A DNA stretch of 40,615 bases from Octopus sinensis (Eukaryota), in assembly GCF_006345805.1 (NCBI RefSeq), contig NW_021835373.1, positions 1 to 40,615 of the forward strand, in the 5' to 3' direction. The notes below the pieces were generated by a model. It did not search any database, had not been told where the DNA came from, and saw nothing but the letters and a program-made list of their open reading frames with translations. The translations under genes and the position numbers were made by a program. Of this stretch, positions 1-12,915 are shown piece after piece; the first letter of the stretch is position 1, and every line of letters starts with the position of its first letter.

Positions 1-306
1 ACAAACCATCATTACGAATACCACCACGACCACCACCGCCACGACGACGACTACCACCAACACTAGCACCAGAACAACCACAGACACGATCACCGCTATC
101 CCCAACACCAACACCAACCCTACCTTTATCACCGCCGCCACCTTCAGCACGGCTATCTTTAGCACTTCAACCACCACCACCACCACCACCACCGGCCCTA
201 CAATCACCAACACCGACACCACCCACAGTAACACCACCACCGCCGCCGCCGTCACCGCCGCCGCCGTCACCGCCTACACCAACTCCACCCACAAAACCGC
301 CACCAC
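1..306. repeat. (ACC/GCC)n-rich low-complexity tract
   Basis: Degenerate accacc/gccgcc trinucleotide repeats. Confidence 0.85.
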
Positions 307-677
307 ACATTCACAGATATTGAAGTTAAGCAGTAATTTATTTTCCTACACTTACCGCTAGAGGACGTGACAAAAGGTAAGAGGGCGCTGCAATAATTAC
401 ACCGCTCATTGCTTCCTTCACGGCCACCGCTGCGTTAAAGCGAGAACGATAAACCTATCAAGCTATCACTGGCTGTTTTAAGACAACAACGCTACCAACA
501 ACAACATCGTCACTTGACATCAAAGTAAATGGAAGCCAACGATGTTATTAAGCAGTAAAAATTTCGTCGAGTTTTTATACTTACTTTCATAATACCCAAT
601 TTACAATTTCAGTACGTGTTTTCATTTCATTTCATTTCATTACTGTGTGTTCTTAGATCTCGGGTTGCTTATATCGC

Positions 678-748
678 ATATATATATATATATATTATAT
701 ATATATATATACACATACCTATGCACGTATGTGTGTGTATATGTGTAA

Positions 749-781
<33 letters not shown>

Positions 782-1107
782 CATACATATATATATATAT
801 TATTATATATATATATAATATATATATGTATGTATACGTAGATATATATATTTATAAGCATATATATATATATAATATATATACATATCTATACACATAT
901 ACAGGTATATATATATATACACGTATGTATACGTATATATGTATATATATATATGAATATATGTATATATATATATATTTCTACACTAACATCCATATAT
1001 ACACATATATATAGATATACCACCATATACCTATACCTATACAATACATCATACATATATATAATATATATATATAGATATATATATATATGTATATGTA
1101 TATATAT
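678..1107. repeat. Degenerate (TA)n microsatellite field
   Basis: Interrupted TA/TACA repeats; the overlapping YI-rich ORFs are artefacts. Confidence 0.9.
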
Positions 1108-2218
1108 GGTAAGTATTTACATAGATAATGAAATTATTAACCGATGTTATCTTAAATAAATGGGGATTTGCTTTGAAGTTGTTTTATGAGGCTGACTCAA
1201 CACTGCATTTTCGATACTAGTTGGTATCGTATCGTAAAATGGAGACTAAAATCAAAACATAATAAAACACAATAAAAACACCAACAACAATAAAAACACC
1301 AAAAATAATAAGACAAATTCTTATCGTTTATGTCTTTATTCACATTGATTGATAAAGGTTAATTTAGTTCCATTTAATCATTTTCATGATAGCACATTAT
1401 ATACAACACTAAGTATTACGGACTGAAGTTAAGTGATTTACTAAAATAAAAGTTTATGTTTAATTTTTTGAGGTTAGCTTTTGTTTTTTTTTGTTGCTTT
1501 TTGTTGAGTTTACTTATCAACCTTATGTATCAATATATTAATCAATTTACCAATTAATCTATCTATTTTTCAATATACATATCTATATATTTATCTATAA
1601 TCGATCAAACTATATAGGTGTTGCTTTGAAAGGCATTTAGAAAACAGTTCCTCGTTTTCTTATAAATTTTGTGTTATTTACTTCTACAAAACGCAACTTC
1701 ACCACGTATAATTATACATCATACATCCATATATATATATGTCTGTATATATATATATGTATATAAACTTATATGTAGGTATGTATGTTGGTATGTATAT
1801 TACATATATATATATTACATATATATATAATATATATATATATATAATATATATATTATACACACACGCATATATGCATACATATATATATATCTGTATA
1901 TATCCTTGAATCAATATATCAATAAACAATTCGATCAATCAATTCTTGTACTCTCTCACTCTTTTTCCCCTTTCAGTATCTATTCCCTCCGCTCTCACTC
2001 TCTCTATCTTTCTCTCTCTCTCTCTCTCTTTCTCCATGTATATATGTATGTACATATATGTATGTATATGTATATATATATTTTTTATACATATATATAC
2101 TCATATACATATATATGCGTGTGTGTGTGTATCTATCTATCTATCTATCAATCTATATTTATATACATATATATAAATTATATAAATACATAATATTTAT
2201 ATAAATATATAGAATACA

Positions 2219-2293
<75 letters not shown>

Positions 2294-2462
2294 TATATAT
2301 ATATAGCATGCACAAATATATGTTCATACATATTCATATATATGCACGTACTTACACGCTTATGTGTGTCTATATACATACATACATATATGTATACATA
2401 CACATACACATACATATTTGAATGTACCGAGAGAGAGAGAGAGAAAGAAAAAAATTAAAGCG

Positions 2463-2572
<110 letters not shown>

Positions 2573-2912
2573 TTGTTCAAATCCTGTCTTTCACCGATTT
2601 GCTACGCTTGAATATTTTAAGGGTAGCAACAGTCCACGGCTCTGGATAACAAGTTTATTAGGACTTCTCACCAACATTAACACTATAATTGTTTACGTCC
2701 TCAGTATTCTAACTTCGATCAGTACAACCTCAAAAGTGTGTAAGCATTGAAAAAAGAATTATTACTTTCCACAACACTACATTGGTAAATATGAACTGTA
2801 ACTTCGAATGTTTTAGTCGTTCACAACGACTACAATATCTATTTGGTGTATATTTTTCGTATGGTCCTGCGGAAGTTTCGCTCCGACAGGAACTTGAAAA
2901 TGGAGAAGGGGC

Positions 2913-2990
2913 TATGTATGTATGTATGTATGTATGTATGTATGTATGTATGTATGTATGTATGTATGTATGTATGTATGTATGTATGTA
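2913..2990. repeat. (TATG)n microsatellite
   Basis: Perfect tatg repeats. Confidence 0.95.
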
Positions 2991-3091
2991 TCGATCTATC
3001 TATCTATCTATTTATTTATTTATCTTTCAAACATATATTGTATATATACACCTACATGATATATATATATATATGTATATATATATAATAT

Positions 3092-3123
<32 letters not shown>

Positions 3124-3128
3124 GTATA

Positions 3129-3285
3129 AATAAAATAATATAACAGTGAAAATTGAATATTAAATTTGATGAATATCAATTTAAAACCAGTGGTCTAGCA
3201 TTATATACATACAAGAGGTAAGACCATAGGGGGTCGACTTCTAGCATATGGATGTCAACTTAATGGTCATCCCTCTTATATGTAT
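3129..3285 (-). mobile_element. Short fold-back element, probable Penelope-like 3' end relic
   Basis: Inverted arms 3205-3227/3263-3285 (20/23 match); shares caatt(t)aaaaccagtggtct(ct)agca with the element at 3323; flanked by (TA)n. Confidence 0.5.
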
Positions 3286-3322
3286 GCATATGTATATATA
3301 TATATATATAATATATATATAT

Positions 3323-3630
3323 AAAATTAAGGGTAGAAATTGATATTAGTCAATTAAAACCAGTGGTCTCTAGCAATAAAAGAATCCGAAGATTAAAATA
3401 TTTATATATACCAATTAAGGACTGAACACGAAAAGGTGGACAGTCAACAGCTAGATATAAGACGTCAAATCGCCATTCTCCACAAAGATTTTGTTCTCAA
3501 ATAAAAATAAAAATAAAAATAAAAATAAAAATAAAAATTTTATTGAGAACAAAATCTTTGTGGAGAATGGCGATTTGACGTCTATATCTAGCATGTTGAC
3601 TGTCCACCTTTTCGTGTTCAGTCCTTAATT

Positions 3631-3640
<10 letters not shown>
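3323..3640 (-). mobile_element. Fold-back element, probable Penelope-like inverted pLTR
   Basis: ~98-bp inverted arms 3403-3500/3543-3640 (two indels), (TAAAAA)n spacer, ~80-bp single-copy tail, in (TA)n. Confidence 0.6.
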
Positions 3641-3670
<30 letters not shown>

Positions 3671-3699
3671 CATATACACACACTCACACACATATATGC

Positions 3700-4152
3700 A
3701 TGATGCGATGGGTAAATTGTCGCCGAATTACTTTTAACTACGCGCATGCGCATTTTAAAAGAAATTTGTTGACTACACGGTAGAGTAGGGTCGGTTGGAC
3801 AAACTCTGTGAGAAAAACAGCACCTTGACGCAATTCACGCCACCAGAAATTTGGAAACTACATGCTCCACTGCTTAGCATTTGTACCGGAAGCTACGAAC
3901 AGATGCTGAACACACAGAACAACAGTTAGCTTGCCGTGTTCCCAAATCAGGTACCGTAAGTGATAAAAATCAAACATTCAGTCAACGTCATGGTGTTTGG
4001 GGTGATCTCTAGTGAAGACGACTTTATACCTCCATTCATCTTACCACACGGCATCAGACTCAACACGGAAACCTACGTCAAGCGGCTGGAGGATGTGCCG
4101 CTGCTCTGGGTCAAGAGGATGGCTGCTAGAAGATCCTATGTCTGGCAACAGG
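3700..4152 (+). mobile_element. Tc1/mariner (maT/DD37D-like) transposon relic, internally deleted
   Basis: ORF 3960-4178 KHSVNVMVFGVISSEDDFIPPFILPHGIRLNTETYVK...YVWQQ matches the maT catalytic region up to the second D; TIR-like gggtaaattgtcgcc at ~3711. Confidence 0.8.
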
Positions 4153-4489
4153 CGATTAAATCGGAGCAATTACAATGAATTTCATACCATGAAATTCCAG
4201 GGTGTATCGTAAGGAGGTTCAATTTCTGAACGGCCGCTTAAATGGGGCCACACTTACATCCCTACACACACATTTATTTCTACTGCATTTACCTAGTTCC
4301 TACGCTTATTGATTAAACTATGATCAGCATCAATGCTTAGCACATTTGCAGAAATAGGTTTGGGCATTCTAAAAAAATTCATGTGCATTCAAGATAAAGT
4401 ATTATAACAGGTACGCTCCAAGTGTAGTAGTGTGGATATTTATATTTTGTAGTTTACGAAACTTATGTCTAGTATATATTATATATATG

Positions 4490-4566
<77 letters not shown>

Positions 4567-4569
<3 letters not shown>

Positions 4570-4672
4570 TCAGGGTGAGTACTTGATAATTGTAAGCACC
4601 TGTATATAGCGTTTGGTGGTGTAGGTGGTGGAGTAAATTAATCATAGCACATGTTTTTATTTTGATTAATTT
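4567..4672 (-). mobile_element. Minimal fold-back relic in (TA)n
   Basis: aaattaatca (4635-4644)/tgattaattt (4663-4672) after a ~68-bp tail starting aattcagggtg, like the tails at 3323 and 33021. Confidence 0.35.
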
Positions 4673-4747
4673 TATATATATATAATATACTATATATATA
4701 TATAATATATATATATGCATTCGCCATAATAGATCGCTAGCCCCACC

Positions 4748-6464
4748 CATTCTTTATTTTCTCTCCTTGTTTCTTTCTTTGTTGTTTCTTTATTAGCCAC
4801 ACAGAGGGGGAAACTTACAAAATAGAGCTTTGCTTTTTGGGGAGAAAAAGTAAAGAAAAACAAAAGAAAAAAGAAAAAGTGGGGTAGGTTTTCGATCAAA
4901 AGGGATCATAAAAAAAAAGATCAATAAGGTTCGCGTATCACAGAAATGTCATGATGTAAAGTCTAAAGAGGGAAGCAGATAAGGTTTATTCGTGGAAAGA
5001 AAAGCCTACGGAAAAGACCACGGTAAACTCGGTCAATAATGTCACATGTTAACACATTGATTTGCAAGAAAGTAACTCTCTGTTTTTAATTTTTACAGGT
5101 TTATAGGATTATGCTCAAGGTGGCTTTGTTATTCATACGTGCCATCCTTGCTACATTTACCCATCTTTTTTTGATACTTGAAGAAGTTGATGAGAGATTG
5201 ACTAGAGAGGAAAGTGTTTGTCTCTGATCCTTTCAGACACGTCCACCGGATACATTCTTTCGTCACAGTCACAAGTATGTTGAAAATAGCTCTTCCTGAC
5301 GATATTGACAATAGACTCGGCTGATAAACCGACTCGCCCTACACTTGACAGCAGTCGTTTCACATAAGCCCACCGGTCGGAAATGGTTAGACACTGCATG
5401 AGTGCGTGCAGAACGCTTTCGTTGCTCTGACCTCATCTCGGGCAGGTCGGCGCCGTGTTTCTCGAGCCGTGTCTGTAGCGCTTATTCCGAACGGGTAGCG
5501 CTTCTCGGTAGCACGGCCAGGGATCTCTGGAAGTTGTCCAGAGGTCCTGGCCGGAAAGTTGTCTTAAACAGGCGGGTCACGTATTCTTCGTCGACGCCCA
5601 GGTTTGTCCCAAGATCGTCATCGTACCTCCCCTCCACTAATCCCCAATAGAATGCTTTGGTTGTGTTGAAGTCGCTCAAGGTCGATCCGTGACGGCATAG
5701 TTGCTTGAGAGCAACGCGACACTAGCGGTGCCATTCGCCCTTCCTCGGCCTCTTTTTGATCCACGACTGCAGTTCGGTCATGGAAACAAGCTGCGGGAAA
5801 GCGTGCCTCACAAACGGCGACCACACCTGTTCACCGTCGTCTACGTAGAGCTGGAAATGTCGCAGTCTCAGCGCGTGTCTGCGCATCATCAACCACGTCC
5901 TCCTTTTAATGGGTGTTGACTGCAAAAGGATCGCCTGACCATCGAGATGCATCATTTCCACAAGAAGCGGAAGAGAATGTGTTCTAGTTTGGTGATGGTA
6001 GGTTCGGGAAAAGGCATTACGCAGAGTGATGGGACAAAAGTTATCTATTATGTCCCCCTTGTTTAGATCTTTCTTCAGCAGTGTTACGGCTCCTCGGCTC
6101 ACAAAATCAGAGATGCTCCCGTTTTGCTGCCAGTTGCAATACACCGCTGTGAAGACGTCTCCAAACAAGTCTGGTAACAAGCTCGTAGGGTAGACCATCC
6201 AAACCCAGCGATTTGTCCCTCGAGCATTCTGCCATCGCGTCCCGCACTTCCGCCGCCGTGATGGAACTTTCGTAGCGCCCTGCCTCTCTTGTCGAGAGTC
6301 GTGGGAGGCTGTGTATGTAGGCACTGAAGTCCACCCTACGTTCTTTCCCGCCACTCGTCCCGAACAGTCGGGCAAAAGGCTGTTGAAAGGCCTTGCACAT
6401 TTTACTTGGCTTGAGTAATTCGTGCCCCTGTCCTTGTATATCCTCAATGGCCTTCCAAAGTTTC
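4748..6464 (-). mobile_element. L1-clade (Tx1-like) LINE ORF2 pseudogene, RT core deleted
   Basis: Minus-strand peptides ITAAEVRDAM..KSLGLDGLPYEL, VTLLKKD..NFCPITLRN, ITKLEHILFRFLWK..PLKGG; stops and frameshifts; 3' UTR ends at AATAAA near 4755. Confidence 0.8.
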
Positions 6465-6735
6465 TTGCTCAGGGAAGATCATCTTTGGTAGACACGGGTC
6501 GTCCATTCGGACTACATGTCCGTTCCACCGGAGCTGGGCCTTCATGATGAGGGCTTCGATGCCGGGCATTTCGGCTCTGCGAAGTACCTCAGTGTTGGAA
6601 ATTTCTATGGGTTCGTCGCAAGCAGCAGAGGTGGGAATGGTCAAGTCCTCGCATTTGCCTCCTATACAGCGTCCACGTCCCACAGCCGTAGAGCAGAGAG
6701 GTAATGACAACTGCCATATAAACTTCCAGCTTGGT
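6465..6735 (-). mobile_element. RTE-clade LINE fragment (post-RT region)
   Basis: KLEVYMAVVITSLLYGCGTWTLYRR and ISNTEVLRRAEMPGIEALIMKAQLRWNGHVVRMDD..LPK are typical of RTE/BovB. Confidence 0.85.
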
Positions 6736-6807
<72 letters not shown>

Positions 6808-6840
6808 CATACATACATACATACATACATACATACATAC
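6735..6840. repeat. (GATA)n(CATA)n compound microsatellite
   Basis: Seen directly. Confidence 0.95.
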
Positions 6841-6889
6841 TTACATATATACAAATATAGGTGGAACTTTCTGTTTTTCTCCCGGCCCT

Positions 6890-7005
6890 TACTTGACATT
6901 CGGTGTCGGTATGTTTACGTCCTCGTGACTGAGCGGTTCGGCCAAAAGTGCGAGATAGAATAAGTACGAGGCTTTAGAAAATAATAAGTACTGGATTCGA
7001 TTAAC
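6890..7005 (+). mobile_element. SINE family A, 3' half fragment
   Basis: gtttacgtcctcgtgactgagcggttcggcc...gatagaataagtac matches the other family A copies. Confidence 0.7.
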
Positions 7006-7244
7006 AAAAGCGTACAAGATGAAAGATAACAAAAACAGCAAAAACAAGCAAAAAACACGAATGTTAAACCATGCATAGGACGACTCCAAGAAAACTACAG
7101 CAACAACTTCAACTACATCTACTACTACTACTACTACTACTACTACCACTACTTCTACTACTATAACAACAACTACTAGTAGTAGGAGTACTACGGCTGC
7201 TTCTGCCACTGCTGCTGCTACTGCTGTTGCTGCTGCTGCTGCCT

Positions 7245-7330
7245 AGTGATTATTTTATCGGACACTTTCTGCGTAGTTGCTAAGTTACGGTGAGGTAAAT
7301 AAAGCGACACCGGTTGTCAAGCGGTTAGAA
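7245..7330 (-). mobile_element. SINE family A fragment
   Basis: gctaagttacgg...caccggttgtcaagcg. Confidence 0.6.
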
Positions 7331-7584
7331 ACTTAAAGATACACACACAGAAACTCATGCACACATACGCTCGCGAACGCGCACGCATACTCTTACACCC
7401 GCACGCACACTTACACTCACACACGCACACTCAATCACATACACCCACACATACACACGGTTACACCCACTAACACACACACTCACACACTTACACACAC
7501 ACACACACATACAACACACACAACACACACAAACACATATATATATATGTATATATATATATGTATATATATATATATGTATAG

Positions 7585-7680
7585 AAGCAGGTGTGGCTGT
7601 GTGGTAAGAGCGTTGCTTTCCAGCCATATCGTTCTGGGTTGAGTCCCACTGAGTGGCACTTTGGGCAAATGTCATCCAAT
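7585..7680 (+). mobile_element. SINE family A tRNA-like head fragment
   Basis: gtggctgtgtggtaag (A box)...gggttgagtccc (B box)...ttgggcaaatgtc. Confidence 0.7.
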
Positions 7681-8161
7681 ATGGCACCCACACAGCTGTA
7701 GCTACTGCTTCTGCTATTGTTACATATTCAAATGACATTCTGGAGAGAGAGAGAGAGAGAGAGAGGAAGATAGAGAGGGAGCGAAAGATAGAGAGAGAGA
7801 AAGAGAGAGAGAGAGAAAATGACAAAGATAGAGAGAGAGAGAGGTGTAAACGAAATTAGTAACACCCGCAAAAAAAACAAAATATACCCGAGAAAATAAC
7901 ACCTCACGGCATAATGCCAGCTCATCATTATAGCTTGGTGAACGAAGAATCCACCCTGAATTGCCAGGTTGCAATACTGTTATTATGAAGAACAACAACC
8001 ACCCTGGTTTATACATATTAGAGGAATGGGGGGGGGGGTAAAAAGAAAATAAAGATATTTGATTAGATACAGTCATCGTTGCCATAACTACCGGGTACAT
8101 TAACAAGCATGGGAACGGAGACATGTAGGTAAGAGAAGGAAAGAGAAATTGACAGCTAATG

Positions 8162-8165
8162 TCAT

Positions 8166-8213
<48 letters not shown>

Positions 8214-8311
8214 TTCATCACCATCACCGTCAACATAGAAATCATCATTATATCGCTGTAGTTGTCTTCATCACCATCTTTATCATCTTCCCTGCCGTCA
8301 TCATCATCATC

Positions 8312-8342
<31 letters not shown>

Positions 8343-8503
8343 TCATCATCATTACATCGTCGTCTTCATCATGATCGACATCATGATCAACATCATCGTC
8401 ATCATCACTATCATTATCATTACAGCGTCGTCATCGTAATCATCATCACCATCACCATCACCATTATTATCATCATAACATGATTTTCATCCTTCTCGTC
8501 CTC

Positions 8504-8536
<33 letters not shown>

Positions 8537-8720
8537 GTCATCACTATAATTATCAACATTGCATCGGTGTCCTCTACATCATCATCATCATCATATCATC
8601 ATCATCATCATCGTCGTTGTTCTTCCGTCTTCATTACCACCGTTACTTTTGTCATCTTTGAACGTCACCATCATCGTTGTGGTCCTCGACGTCGTCGTTG
8701 TCTTCATTTTGATTATGATA
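8162..8720. repeat. (CAT)n degenerate microsatellite
   Basis: Seen directly. Confidence 0.9.
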
Positions 8721-8987
8721 ACTAATTACTACGCGCGAGGCAATAAGTTCCATAGTGAAAACTGTAGGATTGCGGACTAAATGACTTCTGATATTTCCTA
8801 ACCCTTCCCCCAACCCACCCGCTAGATGTAACCTTTATATCCCCATTGGATCAAACAAGGATTTCTGTTTTTTATCTCCTCCTGGGACCAATGAAACATA
8901 AAACAGTACTACTTAATTTGAACTCTCCTCTAAATTTGGAAACAGATGACAAAACTAAATATTTTCGCATTTACCATGATTATTTTC

Positions 8988-9003
8988 GTTATTATTATTA
9001 TTA

Positions 9004-9050
<47 letters not shown>

Positions 9051-9063
9051 GTTATTATTATTG

Positions 9064-9101
<38 letters not shown>

Positions 9102-9150
9102 GTTATTATTATTAATATTATTATTATTATTATTATTATCATTTTTATTA
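8988..9150. repeat. (TAT)n/(TAA)n microsatellite
   Basis: Seen directly. Confidence 0.95.
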
Positions 9151-9154
9151 TTTA

Positions 9155-10248
9155 CTTTTAATCTGCATCTTTGTTACAATCACTCGCCAAGACACACCTA
9201 GGGTCCTAGGGTGATGTGAAGGATAAGAAATGCTACAGTATGACTCAAAGCTTGGGGAGGGCAAGAGGCAGAGGCAGTGGCGAAATATCTTCATGTAATA
9301 CAACACAGACATTTAAATTGATAGCGTTTTCCGAAGGATGTGGGCAGTACTTGTCAGCACAATCTTTTAGATTTTTCTGCGACATGGTTCTCCCGGGATA
9401 TTATCTAGATGTTTTTGACATCCCTTTTTATCATACCTAGTGCACCCTCATTAACAGAACAGTTCTTGCTTTAAGATGCTACATCCTTTATATTTCAATT
9501 TCCACGTCATTAAATTTATCTAATTCGGCAAATTCCTTTACAGACATATTTTTATCATTGGAAACACTTACATCTATTAGTCTACAACTATTTTCTTCCC
9601 TGTCTTTAATAACTATGTCTGGTCAATTAGCTTGGACGTTCTGTCACTGTTGACTGGAAATCCCAGACGTTAGTAACATTTTTACCTTCAACAACTGTCT
9701 CAGGACGATGTTCATAGCAGTAACTAGGAGTGTTGATTTTGTAGTATTTACATATTTTCCAATGTAAATACCGTCCTGCGGCTATCGTGACGATTTTTCT
9801 ATTCGTTTGGTGTCAGCACAGGACATTCCGAGACGAGACGGTCTATTGTTTCGTCAAATGTGCCGGAGAATCTGCATTTAGGGACAGAACCGTTTTGAAG
9901 AACTTTAGCCTGACAGTTTTTGGTACGTACGCTTTCGTCTTGTGCCGCTAATATGAAACTTTCAGTCTCTGCTTTCAGTCCTGAGCTTCTCAGCCACTGA
10001 TGGCTTGTTGCTTGGTCTACATCAGCATTTCGCCTTCGAAGTATATACTCTCCATGCAGAGGCTTCTGGCTCAGTCGCTCCTCAGTTTGTTTTTGCCCGT
10101 TCTTTGTTGCAGTCTACTTGATCCGTTTCGCGTGTTTTGTGGCAGTGATTTCAGGTTCTTCAACTATTTCAAAGTGAATGCCAAGTTCCCTTGCGAATTT
10201 GCAAGCTTCCTTGACAATAGAATATGATCTTTTGCTGCTTTCGTGTTA
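9155..10248 (-). mobile_element. R4/Dong-clade RLE non-LTR retrotransposon, 5'-truncated, in (TAA)n
   Basis: Minus strand WLRSSGLKAETESFILAAQD, decayed CCHC (CRF..ETIDRLVSEC), RHD, WDFPV..PDIVIKD..LIDVSV..KE, KIVLTSTAHILRKTLSI*; TAA repeats on both sides. Confidence 0.85.
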
Positions 10249-10276
10249 TATATTATTATTATTATTATTATTATTT

Positions 10277-10309
<33 letters not shown>

Positions 10310-10794
10310 TAATAATAATAATAATAAAGCGGCAAACTGATAATAACAACATTACCATGCCGGACAAAGTTTTTGCTTCAGTTCGTCCGTGTTTCTTTTC
10401 TAAGTTCAAACTCTACCGAGGACCCCCTGGACTTTCCTATTTTGGGTGACGATAGAATAATATCTCGTGAGCACTGCGGTCGAAGTAATGGACTTTACCC
10501 AAGTTGCTGGTCTTGTGCCATATTTAAACCATATATGTATGTGTGTATGTGTGTGTGTGTGTGTGTGTGACTATAAAATTTCCAGTGTTCGAAAGAGCCA
10601 TATATTTAAATAGCGAATGTACTAAGGTCGGGGCGGTGATAGCGCGACTGTGAACAATCAATGCATTACGACAAATACGTGCTCACAAAAATAATGACGG
10701 ATTTCTTTTCCAGTTATGCACACATTCAAAAGTGGTTGACTGAAACACAATGAGTCAATACAAATCCAAACGAATTGCAATAGATGGATTGTGG

Positions 10795-10876
10795 TTCACT
10801 ACAACTGTTTCAGACGTCTTTTATTCATGAACAGAAGTGTTACATCATGCAAGAGAAACAGTTTTCATCAGATTAA
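10795..10876 (-). ncRNA. Type I hammerhead ribozyme, long stem II, partly decayed
   Basis: Minus strand UUAAU-CUGAUGA-[53 nt imperfect hairpin]-GAAA-CAGUUG-UA-GUGAA; one mismatch in stem I. Confidence 0.6.
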
Positions 10877-11129
10877 TACAATTAATAATTAGACCTTCTC
10901 AAGAACAAGTATATATTGCTAGGTGACACCCACGATCTATCAAATTTGGGTCGGTGATGCCATCTGTTACTATGGTGATTGTTCTGGAGATGTTCATAAT
11001 GTTTGCTTATTGCTTGCAATCACATGATGAATGTTTTTTGGGGGGTGGGGGCTTGATTTAACATTCCTGTTCCTGAATAAAAATCACTTCTGAAACAGCT
11101 GTAGTGGACATCAATCAATCTGTCATTAT

Positions 11130-11132
11130 ATG

Positions 11133-11165
<33 letters not shown>

Positions 11166-11455
11166 GAGTGCGTGTGTATGTGTAAAGGTATAGGTAAAGC
11201 TAGGATTATTCTGTGTATGTTTGTAAAGGTATACGTAAAGGTGGGGTTTTCTTGTGTATGTGTGTGTGTGTGTATGTGTGTGTGTGCGTGTGAGTGTGTG
11301 TGGGTGGGTGTATGAAGGTATACGTAAAGCTTGGATTCTTGTATGCGCGGATAGAAATCCAAAATTAGTTAATGGCTCAATTCCCAAATTTTGGATATGT
11401 ATGTGCACGTATATACTCGCACGTATATACTCGCGCACAGATATATTCTCTGTGC

Positions 11456-11492
<37 letters not shown>

Positions 11493-11550
11493 CGTGTGTG
11501 TGTAGTGTGTGTGTGCCCGTGTGTGTGTGTGAGCTTATGTGTGTGTGTGT
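11130..11550. repeat. (TG)n microsatellite field
   Basis: Seen directly. Confidence 0.9.
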
Positions 11551-11956
11551 GATCAAATTCAACTCACAAACAGTAGTAGTGTATGAAAATATAATTCTCT
11601 ATTTTATGAGGAGCTTCAACTGACCTTTAATGCTTGACTGTTCGGGGCAAACCACACGTTCTTTTCAAGGTTGTAAAGCATATCTGTTGACAAGTCTAGA
11701 AACATATCTGCAAAAATACGAATACATCTTCCTCTATGACATTCTCTTTATTTGTTTATTTATGGATGGGTCCCTGTATTTCTCTTTATTTCTAGTTAAA
11801 AGTATCTAATTAATATATCCGACTCTCTTGTTACCCAACAACATCACGCACGCTACCAGCTTCTCGTCTTCCAGTTCGTGCTTCTCATTCTCTCCTCTTT
11901 CAAATTGCAACTAATGTTTTCTTTACACGAAATAATATTTACTTGTACGTTCGATT

Positions 11957-12185
11957 TCACACACACACACACACACACACACACCACACACACACATACA
12001 CACACACACATATACATACACACACACACACATACACGCACACATACACACACATACACACACACACATACACACAAGAACACACATACACACACACACA
12101 TACACACACACACATACACACACACACATACACACACACACACACATACACACACACACACACACACATACACACACACACATAC
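11957..12185. repeat. (CA)n microsatellite
   Basis: Seen directly. Confidence 0.95.
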
Positions 12186-12334
12186 TAACACTCACAGACA
12201 CGTAACCTCACACGCGCAAATATACGCGCACACTCGGAAAAACGCATGCATTTATATGTGTTTTTGTGTGTGTGTGAGAGAGAGAAAAAATATTTACTGT
12301 AAGTAACGTTGTACAAGAAACATTGATGAGTTAT

Positions 12335-12505
12335 TTACGTTCTGAGTTCAAATTCCACCGAGGTCGATTTAGCCTTTCATCCTTTCAAGGTCGATAAAGT
12401 AAGTACCAGTTTCGCACTAGGGTCGATGTAATCGACTTAATCCCTTTGTCTGTCATTGTTTGTCCCCTTCTATTTTTAACCCCTTGTGGGCAATATAGAA
12501 ATAAG
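12335..12505 (+). mobile_element. SINE family B (tRNA-derived, MetaSINE-like core), 5' truncated
   Basis: gttcaaattcc B box + gcctttcatccttt..ggtcgataaa..agtaccag core. Confidence 0.8.
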
Positions 12506-12754
12506 AAGCATTGATGAGTTATCCGGTTCAGTAGACCATCTGCCATCTCATAACAGAGTGACATTTAGCTTCTTGCCGTTCGAGAGTTCAATTCCCATGC
12601 AGTCCACTATAAATTATATACCGACATATTCACATTCTCTTCCACTTTCTATTATCATTAACATCATCATTAACCATTATTAGTATCGTGTTCATAAAGA
12701 TAACGACTCAAAGTAAGACAGCGAACCGCCTACGGTAGTGGAACTGGCCGATGG

Positions 12755-12915
12755 CGAAAGAGCTGGCAGAATCTTTGGCAGGTCGGATAAAATATTTAGC
12801 GACACTTCTTTTTCCTTAAGTGCAATTTCTGCCGCCTTTGGCTTTCATTCTTTCAGAGTACATTAATCAAGTATCATTTGTACTCTGGGGTGGATAAAAT
12901 AAGTACCAGTTAAAA
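12755..12915 (+). mobile_element. SINE family B, degenerate
   Basis: gagctggcagaatc head, gctttcattctttc core, aaaataagtaccag. Confidence 0.6.

Noticed and set aside
356-387. Candidate minus-strand micro-exon (ttgcag..32 nt..gtaagtg)
   Set aside because: Good donor but no polypyrimidine tract, no recognisable peptide and no partner exons; needs RNA-seq
7585-7645. tRNA genes at SINE heads (also at 14964, 25013 and 37487)
   Set aside because: A/B boxes only, no cloverleaf; they continue into the SINE body
7865-8160. Unique stretch, possible exon (e.g. minus strand GGFFVHQAIMMSWHYA)
   Set aside because: Weak splice signals and no recognisable homology
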